This document shows positions 9,498-19,114 of a stretch of DNA of 64,000 nucleotides, one piece after another. Every line of letters starts with the position of its first letter. The stretch's first letter is position 1. The notes under the pieces were generated by a model, which saw nothing but the letters and a program-made list of their open reading frames with translations, was not told the origin of the DNA and searched no databases. Where the stretch lies: the NCBI GenBank assembly GCA_965226795.1, contig CBDDDZ010000003.1, forward strand, positions 64,001 through 128,000, given 5' to 3'. The position numbers and the translations under genes are program-made. The DNA is from Candidatus Latescibacterota bacterium. GTDB taxonomy: Bacteria; Latescibacterota; UBA2968; GCA-2709665.

Positions 9498-10418
9498 TCA
9501 CGAAACCACAGGCCCTGTAATATCCACGCCGGGCAGTATGCTGCGCAAGAGGGTATTTAATTGGTCCGCGGTGGATGGATCGATATTGGCGCCGGGGTGT
9601 CGGACGTAGCTGCTGGCAATGAGACCGCGCAGCCGGAATATCTCCTTTCGTATCGCCACGCCCGGCTGCTGTTCGAAGACGATGAGCGGCAGGTAACGGC
9701 GGTAGATATCGTTCACGGCATCGAAGTCACTGTTCCGTGCCGCCTGAACCATCGCGATCAGGACTTCGGGAAAAGCGAAGCCGGTCATGAAGCCGTGAGC
9801 TCCTCTGGCCAGGTCGAAAGCGGCGTAGAGGGCTCCAAGACCGGTGAGCACGGTAACGGTGCGGTCCCCGATGCCATTCAAAATGGCCGAAATTCTGGGC
9901 GGGGTGGGTGTTGCCTCTTCCTTGATACACGCGACAAGCGGAATTTCGTGGATCAGACGGTGGATGAGGGAGACCGACATATGGACCTGGGTGGAGGCGG
10001 GGTGGTCCTGTACGACGATGGGAATGGAGATACCTTTCCCAACTTCGCTGAAGAATTCGAAGATGCGGTCTTCGTTGGGAACCGGTTCTCGCATGGGGGT
10101 GACCATCACACCTGCCGCACCCATGGATTCGGCCATCCGGCTGAGTTCCAGAGTCGCCCGCGTTCCGCTGTGGCTTGTTCCAACGATCACGGGGATGCTG
10201 CCGTCAAGGGCGTCCACGGCTGTCCGGATCAGACTTTTCCGCTCGTCGTCCAGCATCCGATTGGATTCACCCAGGACGCCGATCACCGTGATGCCGTCGA
10301 CCCCGATGTCGGCCATAAAGCGTACCGTCCGGGCGAAGGATTCCAGGTCGAGATCGCCCCTGTCATCAAACGGGGTGACGAGGATGGGAAAGACGCCTTC
10401 AAAGTTCACCGATGCCAT
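9498..10418 (-). CDS. Dihydrodipicolinate synthase (DapA/NAL) family aldolase
   Basis: GVFPILVTPF, GVLGE, PIVVQDHP and Schiff-base IKEE motifs; probably catabolic rather than true DapA. Confidence 0.9.
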   Translation of the reverse strand: MASVNFEGVFPILVTPFDDRGDLDLESFARTVRFMADIGVDGITVIGVLGESNRMLDDERKSLIRTAVDALDGSIPVIVGTSHSGTRATLELSRMAESMGAAGVMVTPMREPVPNEDRIFEFFSEVGKGISIPIVVQDHPASTQVHMSVSLIHRLIHEIPLVACIKEEATPTPPRISAILNGIGDRTVTVLTGLGALYAAFDLARGAHGFMTGFAFPEVLIAMVQAARNSDFDAVNDIYRRYLPLIVFEQQPGVAIRKEIFRLRGLIASSYVRHPGANIDPSTADQLNTLLRSILPGVDITGPVVS

Positions 10419-10511
10419 TGCGTTTTCTTTCGTTTACCGTAATCCCGTAAGACGCTCGCAAGGTACAGACTGGATCGGATACAGGATTGAGTACGGGGCC
10501 TGCACGTTCCC

Positions 10512-13500
10512 TTACGCCTTCAACGCGTGCAGAAAGCCGTCCCCGGAACAGGCTGCGATTTCGGGGATGCCGTCCCCGTCGACGTCCGCGGGGACGATAT
10601 CCAGGATTGGGCCGCCGGCCTGAAAGCGGCCGATGGGACGTCCATCCGCATTGGCGAGCAGGTACACCGTTCCGTCCTCGACGCCCGCCGCGACTTCGAG
10701 TTTCCCGTCGCCGTCGAAGTCGGCAACGGCGATGCAACGTACGACTTCACCGAGGTCGCTGCGCCAATGCAGCGTCGTGCCGTCACCCTTGACGACGTAG
10801 ACGTTGAAACTCATGGACGATGCGACGATTTCGTCCAGGCCATCACCATCCATATCGGCCATCAGGACCCGGGTGACTTCGTCGCCCGTGTTGAATTGCG
10901 AGATAAGAGACCCGTCGGCGTTGAGAAGGTGGATGTGGGTGTCCGCGCCGGCGAAGGCGACTTCCTTCAGACCGTCGCCGTCGACGTCGGCGGCTGCGGC
11001 GCTATTGGCGCGGGGGCCCGTGGCCGGATGATAGGACCAGCGGATTTCGCCGTTCCCGTCGATGCAGTGCCAGCGGTGGTAGTCGGTTCCGGCGATGACC
11101 TCGTCCCTGCCGTCGCCGTCCAGGTCGGCGGCGCAGCCGGTGGACGAGGGGCGGACGGTCATCTGGCGCCAGAGCTCTTTCCCCTCGTGTGTGAAGGCGT
11201 GATAACGCCACGATTCCACGGCGGCGATCACTTCGAGGTAGCCGTCGCCGTTGATGTCGCCGGTGAAAACGGACCGCACGACGGGATCCTGGAAGTAGAA
11301 GGGGATTTTGTAGTCCCATTTCAACTCCCCCCTCGCGTCGAGGACGTACACACGGGTGTCATCCGACCCGGCGATGATTTCCGGACGGCCGTCGTTTTCC
11401 AGGTCCGCCGCGCAGACGGAACGGACAGCGCCGCCGGTGGGATAGCGCCAGAGTGAGCTGCCGTCCTTACAGGTGTGGATGGACCCGGTGCGGCCGCCCG
11501 CGACAATTTCGTCCTTACCGTCGCCGTCCAGGTCCACGGCCTGTACGGACAGCAAGACGTTGTCCTCGCTATGGGACCAGAGCACGGGGAGGTCCGGAAT
11601 ACGGCCCCTCCTGCGCGATGTCCGGAAGCGGGGCGCGAAATGCGGCCTGGTCTTTCCGGCTGCGGCCCGGCGGAGTCCTGTGAGGGCCGGGGGGATCAGT
11701 GCGATGCCGTGCCTGCCCCCGGGCGCACGGAACGTGACGGCGCCGTTGGAGACGTCGGCGGCGATCGGCCTGCCGTCCACTTCAACCTCCGTTCCGCTTC
11801 CCGCGGACAGCGTGATCGTCGTCGGACCGGAGGTGACGAGAGTGCCCCGTGAGGCCGGCAGATCGTATTCGAAGGACGCGGGGCGATCGCTCCTGAATAT
11901 GGTATCTTCCCAGGAAACTTCCGTGCCGTCGACGACGGCAAAGTTACGAGGAGAAATCTGAAACTGGGCGGCCGCGACGCTGGGGCCGGATGGCAGCCCG
12001 GTCGCCCTGTGGGCCTCGCCGACGCCCGCAAAGACCGTTTCCGGTCCGCCGTCGATTCGCACGGCGGTTTCGGCGATCCGAGTCATTCCGAGCTTCAAGG
12101 GGCCGCAATAAAGCAGGTTGAAGAATCGATAGGCCTCACCTTTTTTCAGATGTACGTCAACGATCTGCTGGAGTATGCGTACTACGGGTTCGGCGTGAGT
12201 ATAGCGATCCCAATTCTTTCCGGTAACAGGGTCGTCCTCGAACTTGAGCCTGGGACCCGGCAGCCCATGGACGAAAAATCGCTCGCCGTTCTGTTCCACT
12301 GCCATGCCGCCGTGGCGGCGTTGAACTTCGCCCAGGGTCTGCCAGACGGCGCGGAAACTGTAGTCCGCGTCTCCAAGCGCCTCCATCTCGTCGACGACCA
12401 GGAAAAAGACCCCGCGGTTCCAAAGGATATTCCGGCGCCAGTCCACGCCGCTGTAGGAACGAAGCGTCGTCTGGGAGAATCCGGCGTTCATGTGGGCGGA
12501 AAATCGTTCGAGTTCCGCGAAAGGCGGGATCTCGGCGGAACTGCCGTTCTTGAAGATGAGGACGCCGTTATGGAACTTGGGCAGCGATTTGATGTAGTCG
12601 CAGTCGGCCAGCCAGATTCGGTCGTTCTGGGTCAGGCGGCAGATTGAGTTGCCGTCGTAATGCTTATGACCGCCGTTGGAAAGCCCGTCCAGAAACAGAT
12701 ACTGATTTTGAGGATCGAATCCGTCCCTGAAGACAACCTTGTCGAACGTCTTGTCCAGAGGCAGGTGGTCGCTGCCCTTGTTTGAATCGTAATATAGAGG
12801 ATCCACCGGGTAGACCTGAGCCCCCTCCATGTCCGTGGGTTCCACCGGTTCCAAGTCGCGGCTGTGTTCGTAGGGGTGGGCCCGCGGGGCCAGGGCTTTC
12901 TTCTTGTCCAGCATCCACTGGTAACGGCCGTCGCCGGTCACGCAGGCCATGGCTCGCAGGTAGGGCACTTCGGTCCACGTTCCGAACGGGGAGGACGTGT
13001 CTCCGTTGGGCACGCCGCATCCCAGGTTGTCCGTGGTGAGGATGGCGTAATCGCCGGCGCGCTGGGCGTTGCCGGTATCGAAGAACGTCATGTCGCCGGT
13101 ACTGAGTGAGTAGCGCATCGCGTGGAAGTGGGTGCGCCACTGGTAGTGGCCGCAGTCCTCGGAGGGCTTGAAGGCATTGACCTGCGCCCTGAAGCATTTT
13201 TCAGCCAGTGCCAGCCATCCGTAAGCCTGCGCGGCTTTGTAGTATTTTTTAAAATAGGCGCCGGCATAGTGAAGGCCGAGAGCGGCGTAGGTCGCATGGT
13301 TGTGGCGAACCTGTTCGTTATCCACGTTGCCGACGTGGGATACGCAATCCGAAATGAACTCATAAAGGATGCGGGTAATCCGCAGGCGGTCTGCAGAGGA
13401 GATCACGGGACTTTCTTCCACGAGATCCCACCCCGGCAGGACGTACTGCAGCGCGAAGTCCGCGTCGAAACCCCACACGCTGCCATAGTTGTCCGGATCG

Positions 13501-14216
13501 GACATGACATGGTCGTACATGCGAAAGACCAGTCGTTTGTAGATTTCAGCGTAGACGTTGTTTCCGGTAAGCCCGTAGTGCAGGCCCCGCCGGCCGATTC
13601 GGCCCCACAACCCGGTATGGCAGCCCCGTTTGAGGTCTTCTTCGGCTTCAGCCATCTCGGCCTCGAGGTCCGGTTCTTCGGGGATGCCTGCGTCGTGACG
13701 GGCATCCGGACCCCACTTTACATCGAACGTGGGACCGAGAGTGAGCGTCGATTCCCCCTTGAGGCGCTCGAGTAAGAGACCTGTGGCGGTTTCGACTCCT
13801 GATATATCGCTGCCGAAAAGGCCAACGGCGTTTTTTCCGTTGCCCCAGGGATCGTGGATGGTGTGCAGAAGATGTCCGCCGTTTCCGGGGTAGTGGTCGT
13901 CGGCGGGGGTGTAGCTGTAGCCGTAAAGCCGGAATATCGCCCGGTTGGTGTTCAGGTTGCCCAGCAGGATGAGGTGTCTTCGGGGTGTTACTGCGGCGGC
14001 GGTATGGGCGATGATGGGCAGTTTGGCGCCTGAGAGGTCCTGGATTCCTTTCTGGATGGTTTCGGCAAGGGCGGCGTACCGATCATCCGACGGACACACG
14101 ACGGCAGACGAGGGGCGCCCCGCTTCCACAAGGTTGGTTTCGGGGTAAAGCGGTTTGGGCTTCGTCAGGTTCTCAAGGGACATCATACGCGGCGGCATAG
14201 TGGGCTCCGGGGTCAA
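10512..14216 (-). CDS. Heparinase II/III-like protein fused to a C-terminal FG-GAP beta-propeller
   Basis: HNH, GGHKHYDGNSI and FHNGVLI in the middle; about eight D-x-D-G-D-G-x-x-E-type repeats at the C-terminus. Start codon uncertain (14216, 14198 or slightly downstream). Confidence 0.75.
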   Translation of the reverse strand: MTPEPTMPPRMMSLENLTKPKPLYPETNLVEAGRPSSAVVCPSDDRYAALAETIQKGIQDLSGAKLPIIAHTAAAVTPRRHLILLGNLNTNRAIFRLYGYSYTPADDHYPGNGGHLLHTIHDPWGNGKNAVGLFGSDISGVETATGLLLERLKGESTLTLGPTFDVKWGPDARHDAGIPEEPDLEAEMAEAEEDLKRGCHTGLWGRIGRRGLHYGLTGNNVYAEIYKRLVFRMYDHVMSDPDNYGSVWGFDADFALQYVLPGWDLVEESPVISSADRLRITRILYEFISDCVSHVGNVDNEQVRHNHATYAALGLHYAGAYFKKYYKAAQAYGWLALAEKCFRAQVNAFKPSEDCGHYQWRTHFHAMRYSLSTGDMTFFDTGNAQRAGDYAILTTDNLGCGVPNGDTSSPFGTWTEVPYLRAMACVTGDGRYQWMLDKKKALAPRAHPYEHSRDLEPVEPTDMEGAQVYPVDPLYYDSNKGSDHLPLDKTFDKVVFRDGFDPQNQYLFLDGLSNGGHKHYDGNSICRLTQNDRIWLADCDYIKSLPKFHNGVLIFKNGSSAEIPPFAELERFSAHMNAGFSQTTLRSYSGVDWRRNILWNRGVFFLVVDEMEALGDADYSFRAVWQTLGEVQRRHGGMAVEQNGERFFVHGLPGPRLKFEDDPVTGKNWDRYTHAEPVVRILQQIVDVHLKKGEAYRFFNLLYCGPLKLGMTRIAETAVRIDGGPETVFAGVGEAHRATGLPSGPSVAAAQFQISPRNFAVVDGTEVSWEDTIFRSDRPASFEYDLPASRGTLVTSGPTTITLSAGSGTEVEVDGRPIAADVSNGAVTFRAPGGRHGIALIPPALTGLRRAAAGKTRPHFAPRFRTSRRRGRIPDLPVLWSHSEDNVLLSVQAVDLDGDGKDEIVAGGRTGSIHTCKDGSSLWRYPTGGAVRSVCAADLENDGRPEIIAGSDDTRVYVLDARGELKWDYKIPFYFQDPVVRSVFTGDINGDGYLEVIAAVESWRYHAFTHEGKELWRQMTVRPSSTGCAADLDGDGRDEVIAGTDYHRWHCIDGNGEIRWSYHPATGPRANSAAAADVDGDGLKEVAFAGADTHIHLLNADGSLISQFNTGDEVTRVLMADMDGDGLDEIVASSMSFNVYVVKGDGTTLHWRSDLGEVVRCIAVADFDGDGKLEVAAGVEDGTVYLLANADGRPIGRFQAGGPILDIVPADVDGDGIPEIAACSGDGFLHALKA

Positions 14217-14240
14217 GAATCGAACCGGGCAAATTTCTCC

Positions 14241-15023
14241 CTACTGTTGCCCGATGAGTTGCTTCAGGAATGCGATTTCATGTTCAGCGGTCTCGCAGGG
14301 CGGATGATGGCTGCCGTGTTCAATGGAGATGTAGCCGTCGAAACCCCTGGATTGGAGAAGACCGAGGAATGCGGCGAAATCCACGTCGCCGGAGTCCAGA
14401 AACGTGAGCCGCGGCCAGTTTCCCAACCAGTTGTGGGCGTGCAGGTGAACAACGTGTTCCCCGAGTTGTTCGGCGGTATGAAAAACGGATTCGCCGACGA
14501 GAGGAGTCTGGAGGTTTACTGTGAGGTTCTCCATGCCCACGTCGTCGAGAAGTTTGAGCGTACTCGCACTCGTATCCGTCAGGTTGGGCCCATGATGGAT
14601 AACCTGGTGGGTTTCCAACGGGAAGACGATGTTGTGGACGGCGCCCATTTCACAGATTTTCTGCAGACCCCTGACACAGGCGTCCCATTGCCGGACGGTG
14701 GCGTCCGCGCTCCCCACGTTGCCGGTGTAGGTACGGACAAAGGGACAGTCGAGTTCGACCGCGTAACCGATGAAGGTCTCGGCATCCCGGATGCTCTGAT
14801 CCCAGGTTGCCTGGCTGGTGGTGAAGTCGAAGTAGGGGCAGATCTGCACGATCCGGAGGTCGTGTTCGGCCGTAATTGAACGGACCCATCCCAGATCCGC
14901 GTGGCAGAGGTACTGTTGCCAGAGTTCGATGCCGTCATAACCCAGTTCGGCGAGGTACGGTACGGCTTTTTCCTGATCGGCCTGTGTATTGCCGAAAGCG
15001 TTTGTGCAGAATGAGGACTTCAT
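14241..15023 (-). CDS. Sugar phosphate isomerase/epimerase (xylose isomerase-like TIM barrel)
   Basis: GYDGIELW, PLETH, HLHAHN and GFDGYISIEH; probable start MKSSFCTNAF at 15023. Confidence 0.88.
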   Translation of the reverse strand: MKSSFCTNAFGNTQADQEKAVPYLAELGYDGIELWQQYLCHADLGWVRSITAEHDLRIVQICPYFDFTTSQATWDQSIRDAETFIGYAVELDCPFVRTYTGNVGSADATVRQWDACVRGLQKICEMGAVHNIVFPLETHQVIHHGPNLTDTSASTLKLLDDVGMENLTVNLQTPLVGESVFHTAEQLGEHVVHLHAHNWLGNWPRLTFLDSGDVDFAAFLGLLQSRGFDGYISIEHGSHHPPCETAEHEIAFLKQLIGQQ

Positions 15024-15170
15024 GGCAATGAAAAGACCCAGAGTAAAACGCACCTGTCGTCGTATCGAGAAATATTCTGCCATCGGTTCAACAAATGCGT
15101 AAAATAGAAGCACTACAGGCAATGTCAAACGCAATTTGGATCGCGTTCATTCGAATTAAGGGAGGAACCT

Positions 15171-16754
15171 ATGTCCGAACCCGTTGACTACGGTATCATC
15201 TATAATTGGGACGGGGCGCCGCACGGCTATTCCGGGGTGCCGCAATCGATGGACGCGTTTCTGGAGAAAACCTACGCTCCCCTCGAGGAGACACAGGTGG
15301 GGGCGCTGTTCTGGTGCATCGGCGAGCACGCTGCCCGCTGGACGGATTCCGCGCTGGAACTGTTGGGTGACGTGCATGGGCGAAGGTACGAAAACGCCTC
15401 GGCCTATAACCACACCGAAAACATCCGCCGGATGCTCGAGCGGGGGGAGGATCCGCAGGCCTCGCTGATTGAACGCGGCCGCGCCCTGGGCATGGACGTC
15501 TACGCATCAGTTCGTATGAACGATAACCACTTCGACGGGGCGCAGGTGGAAGACCTCCATACGCTCCACCACACCGAGTTGACGAGGATGCGCCGGGAAC
15601 ACCCGGAGTGGGTGCTCGGCGATCGGACGTCGGAGTGGTTTGCGCTTTCGTGGAATATGGCTGTACCGGAAGTCCGCGAGCACCGGTATACCCATATCGA
15701 GGAGATCGTTACGCGGTACGACTGGGACGGCGTGGAGCTGGACTGGCAGCGGCATGCGTTTCACCTTCCCGAGGACGATGCCTACCGGCTGCGCTACGTG
15801 CTTACCGACCTCCAGCGACGGGTGCGGCAACTCACGGACGACCTGGCGAAACGGCGCGGAAGGCCGTTCTATCTGGCTGCGCGCGTGTCCGGTTCGCAGG
15901 AGATGTGCCGCCGCATCGGCTACGATATTCCGGTGTGGATCGAAGAGGGGCTGGTGGACATCCTGATTCTGGGAGGCGGCGCGGTAACCGACGCTTCTTT
16001 GGAGGTGGCCGCGTTTGTCGAGATGTGCCGGGACAGGGGAATCGCCGTCTACGCGGGATTTGACAGCGGGTTGCCCGACCCGTTCGTGGGCCCGGAGGCG
16101 CCTGACACCAAGGATCGAATGCGTACCCGTGCGATTGCCGCCCGCTACCATCGCGCCGGCGCCAACGGCATCTATGTGTTCAACTGGCACGCCAACCGGG
16201 ATTCCCGGCGGGAGTTGCTCTCGCAGATCGGTTCGGTCGAGACGCTTCGCCACACCGACAAGATCTACGCGGCAACACACCGGTACATCCAGAACGAGGG
16301 ACCCTGGCGCGGCGCCTATCGGATCGACCGGATCCTTGGCGAGGTGCCGGTGGCCCTCAAGAAAACCGAGACGGGCGAAATGCCGACCATCACCCTGGAC
16401 ATTGCCGAGGACCTGGGAAAAGATAGTCCGTCGCACCTGGAACTCAGGGTACGCCTCGACCAGTGGGTGGTTGGCGATCGGGTTCGCGTATTCTGGGACG
16501 GGCGAAAACTGAAAGACCCTGAAATCCGCTACTGCGCAATGGACAACACCAATCCTCCGGGCGGCGCCTTCCAGCCTCCACCGGGAATTCGCCGCATTTC
16601 AGACGTGAGCCGAGCGGCATGGCTTTGCTTCCCGCTTCGCCCCTCGGAAATCGCCCAGGGGAAGCATGCCGTCAGGGTGGGACTGATTGAACGCCATCCG
16701 CAGTTGGCGTGCGACATCGTCCTGACCGATGTTGAGGTGGTTGTTCGGTACTGA
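15171..16754 (+). CDS. GHL10/DUF187-like glycoside hydrolase-like protein, paralogue 1
   Basis: IIYNWDG, ASVRMND, YDWDGVELDW and GANGIYVFNW; RBS GGAGG. Confidence 0.7.
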   Translation: MSEPVDYGIIYNWDGAPHGYSGVPQSMDAFLEKTYAPLEETQVGALFWCIGEHAARWTDSALELLGDVHGRRYENASAYNHTENIRRMLERGEDPQASLIERGRALGMDVYASVRMNDNHFDGAQVEDLHTLHHTELTRMRREHPEWVLGDRTSEWFALSWNMAVPEVREHRYTHIEEIVTRYDWDGVELDWQRHAFHLPEDDAYRLRYVLTDLQRRVRQLTDDLAKRRGRPFYLAARVSGSQEMCRRIGYDIPVWIEEGLVDILILGGGAVTDASLEVAAFVEMCRDRGIAVYAGFDSGLPDPFVGPEAPDTKDRMRTRAIAARYHRAGANGIYVFNWHANRDSRRELLSQIGSVETLRHTDKIYAATHRYIQNEGPWRGAYRIDRILGEVPVALKKTETGEMPTITLDIAEDLGKDSPSHLELRVRLDQWVVGDRVRVFWDGRKLKDPEIRYCAMDNTNPPGGAFQPPPGIRRISDVSRAAWLCFPLRPSEIAQGKHAVRVGLIERHPQLACDIVLTDVEVVVRY

Positions 16755-16908
16755 CACAGATGTCCCATACCCTTTGCGATTCAGCGTAGGAGCCGACACG
16801 CGCTTTGACCCTCTCGAGGTCGCCTGCATTTGGAAAACGGGACGTGTGAAAAAGCCGCCGAACACGGACAGGTGGGATAAAACCACAAATTGGAAAGAAG
16901 GGGATACT

Positions 16909-17496
16909 ATGGCCGTTACCGATACATTGCGCGCGAGGGTACGCGCCGAGTTGCCCGAGGCCGGGGAAATCGCCGATGCTGCACTGCGGGAGAAGGTCAT
17001 CGAGGTATGGGCGACGGCGCTGGCGGCCAGCAGCTTCGAGTCGATTGCGGAGATTCGTCCATCCGGAAATCCCGATACGCCGCCCCTGAAGAAGGGGACG
17101 CAGACCGACCACATCCGCGGGGTGACCCGCCTGGCGATGCGGATGGCCGATGAACTCGCGGCGATGTTTCCGGATTTGAAAGTAAACCGGGACATTCTCA
17201 TTGCCGGCGCGATCTGTCACGACGTTGGCAAGCCCTGGGAATTCGATCCTGAAAATCAGGTGCGCTGGAAACGTGCGCCGGGTGCGGCAGGGTGGCCCTC
17301 CATACGGCATCCGGCTTACGGTGTCCATCTATGTCTGAGCGTGGGGCTGCCCGAAGAGGTGGCGCATATTGCAGGGGGGCATTCGGGAGAAGGAGAACTG
17401 GTGGTTCGGAGCCTCGAAAATACCATCGTTAACGCCGCAGATTACGCCTTCTGGCGGGTGCTGCGGGCCGGGGGGCTGTTGGCGGAGGACTGCTGA
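16909..17496 (+). CDS. HD-domain metal-dependent phosphohydrolase
   Basis: QTDH...ICHDVGK...IRHPAYG...GHS...AAD; RBS GAAGGGG before ATG 16909. Confidence 0.88.
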   Translation: MAVTDTLRARVRAELPEAGEIADAALREKVIEVWATALAASSFESIAEIRPSGNPDTPPLKKGTQTDHIRGVTRLAMRMADELAAMFPDLKVNRDILIAGAICHDVGKPWEFDPENQVRWKRAPGAAGWPSIRHPAYGVHLCLSVGLPEEVAHIAGGHSGEGELVVRSLENTIVNAADYAFWRVLRAGGLLAEDC

Positions 17497-17567
17497 GGAA
17501 CGATCCGTTCCAGAGCTGCGGAGATCGCGGAGGATAAACCAGGGCGGGGCGCCGTACGATCCCTCCC

Positions 17568-19049
17568 TCAAGTCTCCCCAGGGTATCGGGTCGGCCTCCG
17601 GATGGGTGTTGGATACGTGCCATAGTCGACGAAGATTTCCACGTCTTCGACCACAATCCCACCTTCGAAGCCGGGAGGCCTTTTTTTCAGGGATATTTCA
17701 AGCACATTCCGGCCCTTACGGGGGCGTACGTTTTCCAGTTCGAACTCCAGCAATTGCCCCGCGTACGGATCCCGGAATCGGATCGGTGCGCGACGACAGG
17801 ACCCGGTGTCCAGCCGCGCGCCGTTCAGGCGGATCTCGAGTCTGTCGGCCGAGACGAGATTGCTTACGCCGATCCGGAGGCGGATGCTCCGTATGCGGTC
17901 ATTATCAGGGTCGTCGGCGATGGAGAACGGAATCTGACGATATTTCCCCGGGTCCGGTGAGGGGATCTCGAGGGGCAGCGAGGCGCCGTAGTCGTATTCG
18001 GATGCGGCGTCACAGCGACGGCGCAGGAAGTAGTGTTTATCGGCTTCCCGCACCAGGGTGGAATCGCCAAACTGCGTGAGGAGACTTCGCCCGGATTCGC
18101 CCAGGGGCCAGGGAAGAAACCAGGTGTAGAGGCCGTCGACGCCGAGTTCCCAATAATTCGCGGCGGCCGCCCGCATCATGGCGGGGGTCGCGTTGTCGGC
18201 AGTTCGAAACCGCCGGCTTTCGTCGCTCCCATAGGGTTGAAGCATACCGTAAACCGAGATATCGTGGTCGTGGGCGGCCTGCACGAGCCACCCGATGGGC
18301 ATGTTGGCGTCCAGGACGAAGTCAATGTAGAGCATGGGAACGACGAAGTCGACCAGCCCCTCCCGGAGCCAGGTTTGCACGTCCAGTCCGGTCTTGAGGT
18401 TCAGTTCTTCGGTGGGGTAGACGCGGGCGCCGATCTGGGCTGGGCCGCCCGGGCGGCCGCGGACCACTTCACTCGTTCTGCGAACGAAGTCGGTCATCAC
18501 CGGCGTGCATTCGGACACGTCCTCCGGCCTCAGCCAGAAGGGACTTCCGCCGGGGGCCGCGGAGAAGTCCAGTTCCACCCCTTCGACGGCGTATTCTGTG
18601 GCGAGTTCTTTCAGCACGGCGAATTGGTGGTCGCGCACTTCCGGGTGGAAAAAACCCCGCCCTCCGGTGTCGAGCGCGTGCTCCGGGGCCATGCCCCCAT
18701 AGCCGCCCATGCGCAGGCTGGCGATGAAGTCCATGCCCTTTTCGTGGGCGCGGTCGACCAGGACGGCGAGAGGGTCGAGGCCGCGGGCGATGAGGCTGTG
18801 CATGTTCTCCCAGGCGCGCCATTCGTGGGAATGTTGAAACGGACGCCGGTCATCACCGAATACGAGGCCGATCCTGGAGGGATAGAAAAGGCCATCCGAA
18901 CGGGAGACGCCATAGACGAAGGTGTCCACGGCCGTGCCGGCAACTTCATCCACTGGCATCCAGGCGTCTTCCAGCCGCATCGGCGGTTCGAAGACGAAAA
19001 GGTAGTAGTGACGGGCGTCGTTGAAGTAGATGGTGCGGCGCTTTCTCAT
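17568..19049 (-). CDS. GHL10/DUF187-like protein, paralogue 2
   Basis: IYFNDARH, FIASLRM, YAVEGVELDF and GVDGLY; same C-terminal domain as paralogues 1 and 3. Confidence 0.7.
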   Translation of the reverse strand: MRKRRTIYFNDARHYYLFVFEPPMRLEDAWMPVDEVAGTAVDTFVYGVSRSDGLFYPSRIGLVFGDDRRPFQHSHEWRAWENMHSLIARGLDPLAVLVDRAHEKGMDFIASLRMGGYGGMAPEHALDTGGRGFFHPEVRDHQFAVLKELATEYAVEGVELDFSAAPGGSPFWLRPEDVSECTPVMTDFVRRTSEVVRGRPGGPAQIGARVYPTEELNLKTGLDVQTWLREGLVDFVVPMLYIDFVLDANMPIGWLVQAAHDHDISVYGMLQPYGSDESRRFRTADNATPAMMRAAAANYWELGVDGLYTWFLPWPLGESGRSLLTQFGDSTLVREADKHYFLRRRCDAASEYDYGASLPLEIPSPDPGKYRQIPFSIADDPDNDRIRSIRLRIGVSNLVSADRLEIRLNGARLDTGSCRRAPIRFRDPYAGQLLEFELENVRPRKGRNVLEISLKKRPPGFEGGIVVEDVEIFVDYGTYPTPIRRPTRYPGET

Positions 19050-19114
19050 CACTGACACTTCCTGTAAGACCCGGTGGTGTTTCTCCGGGTGGGAAAGGGT
19101 GTAATCCGGTCCGG

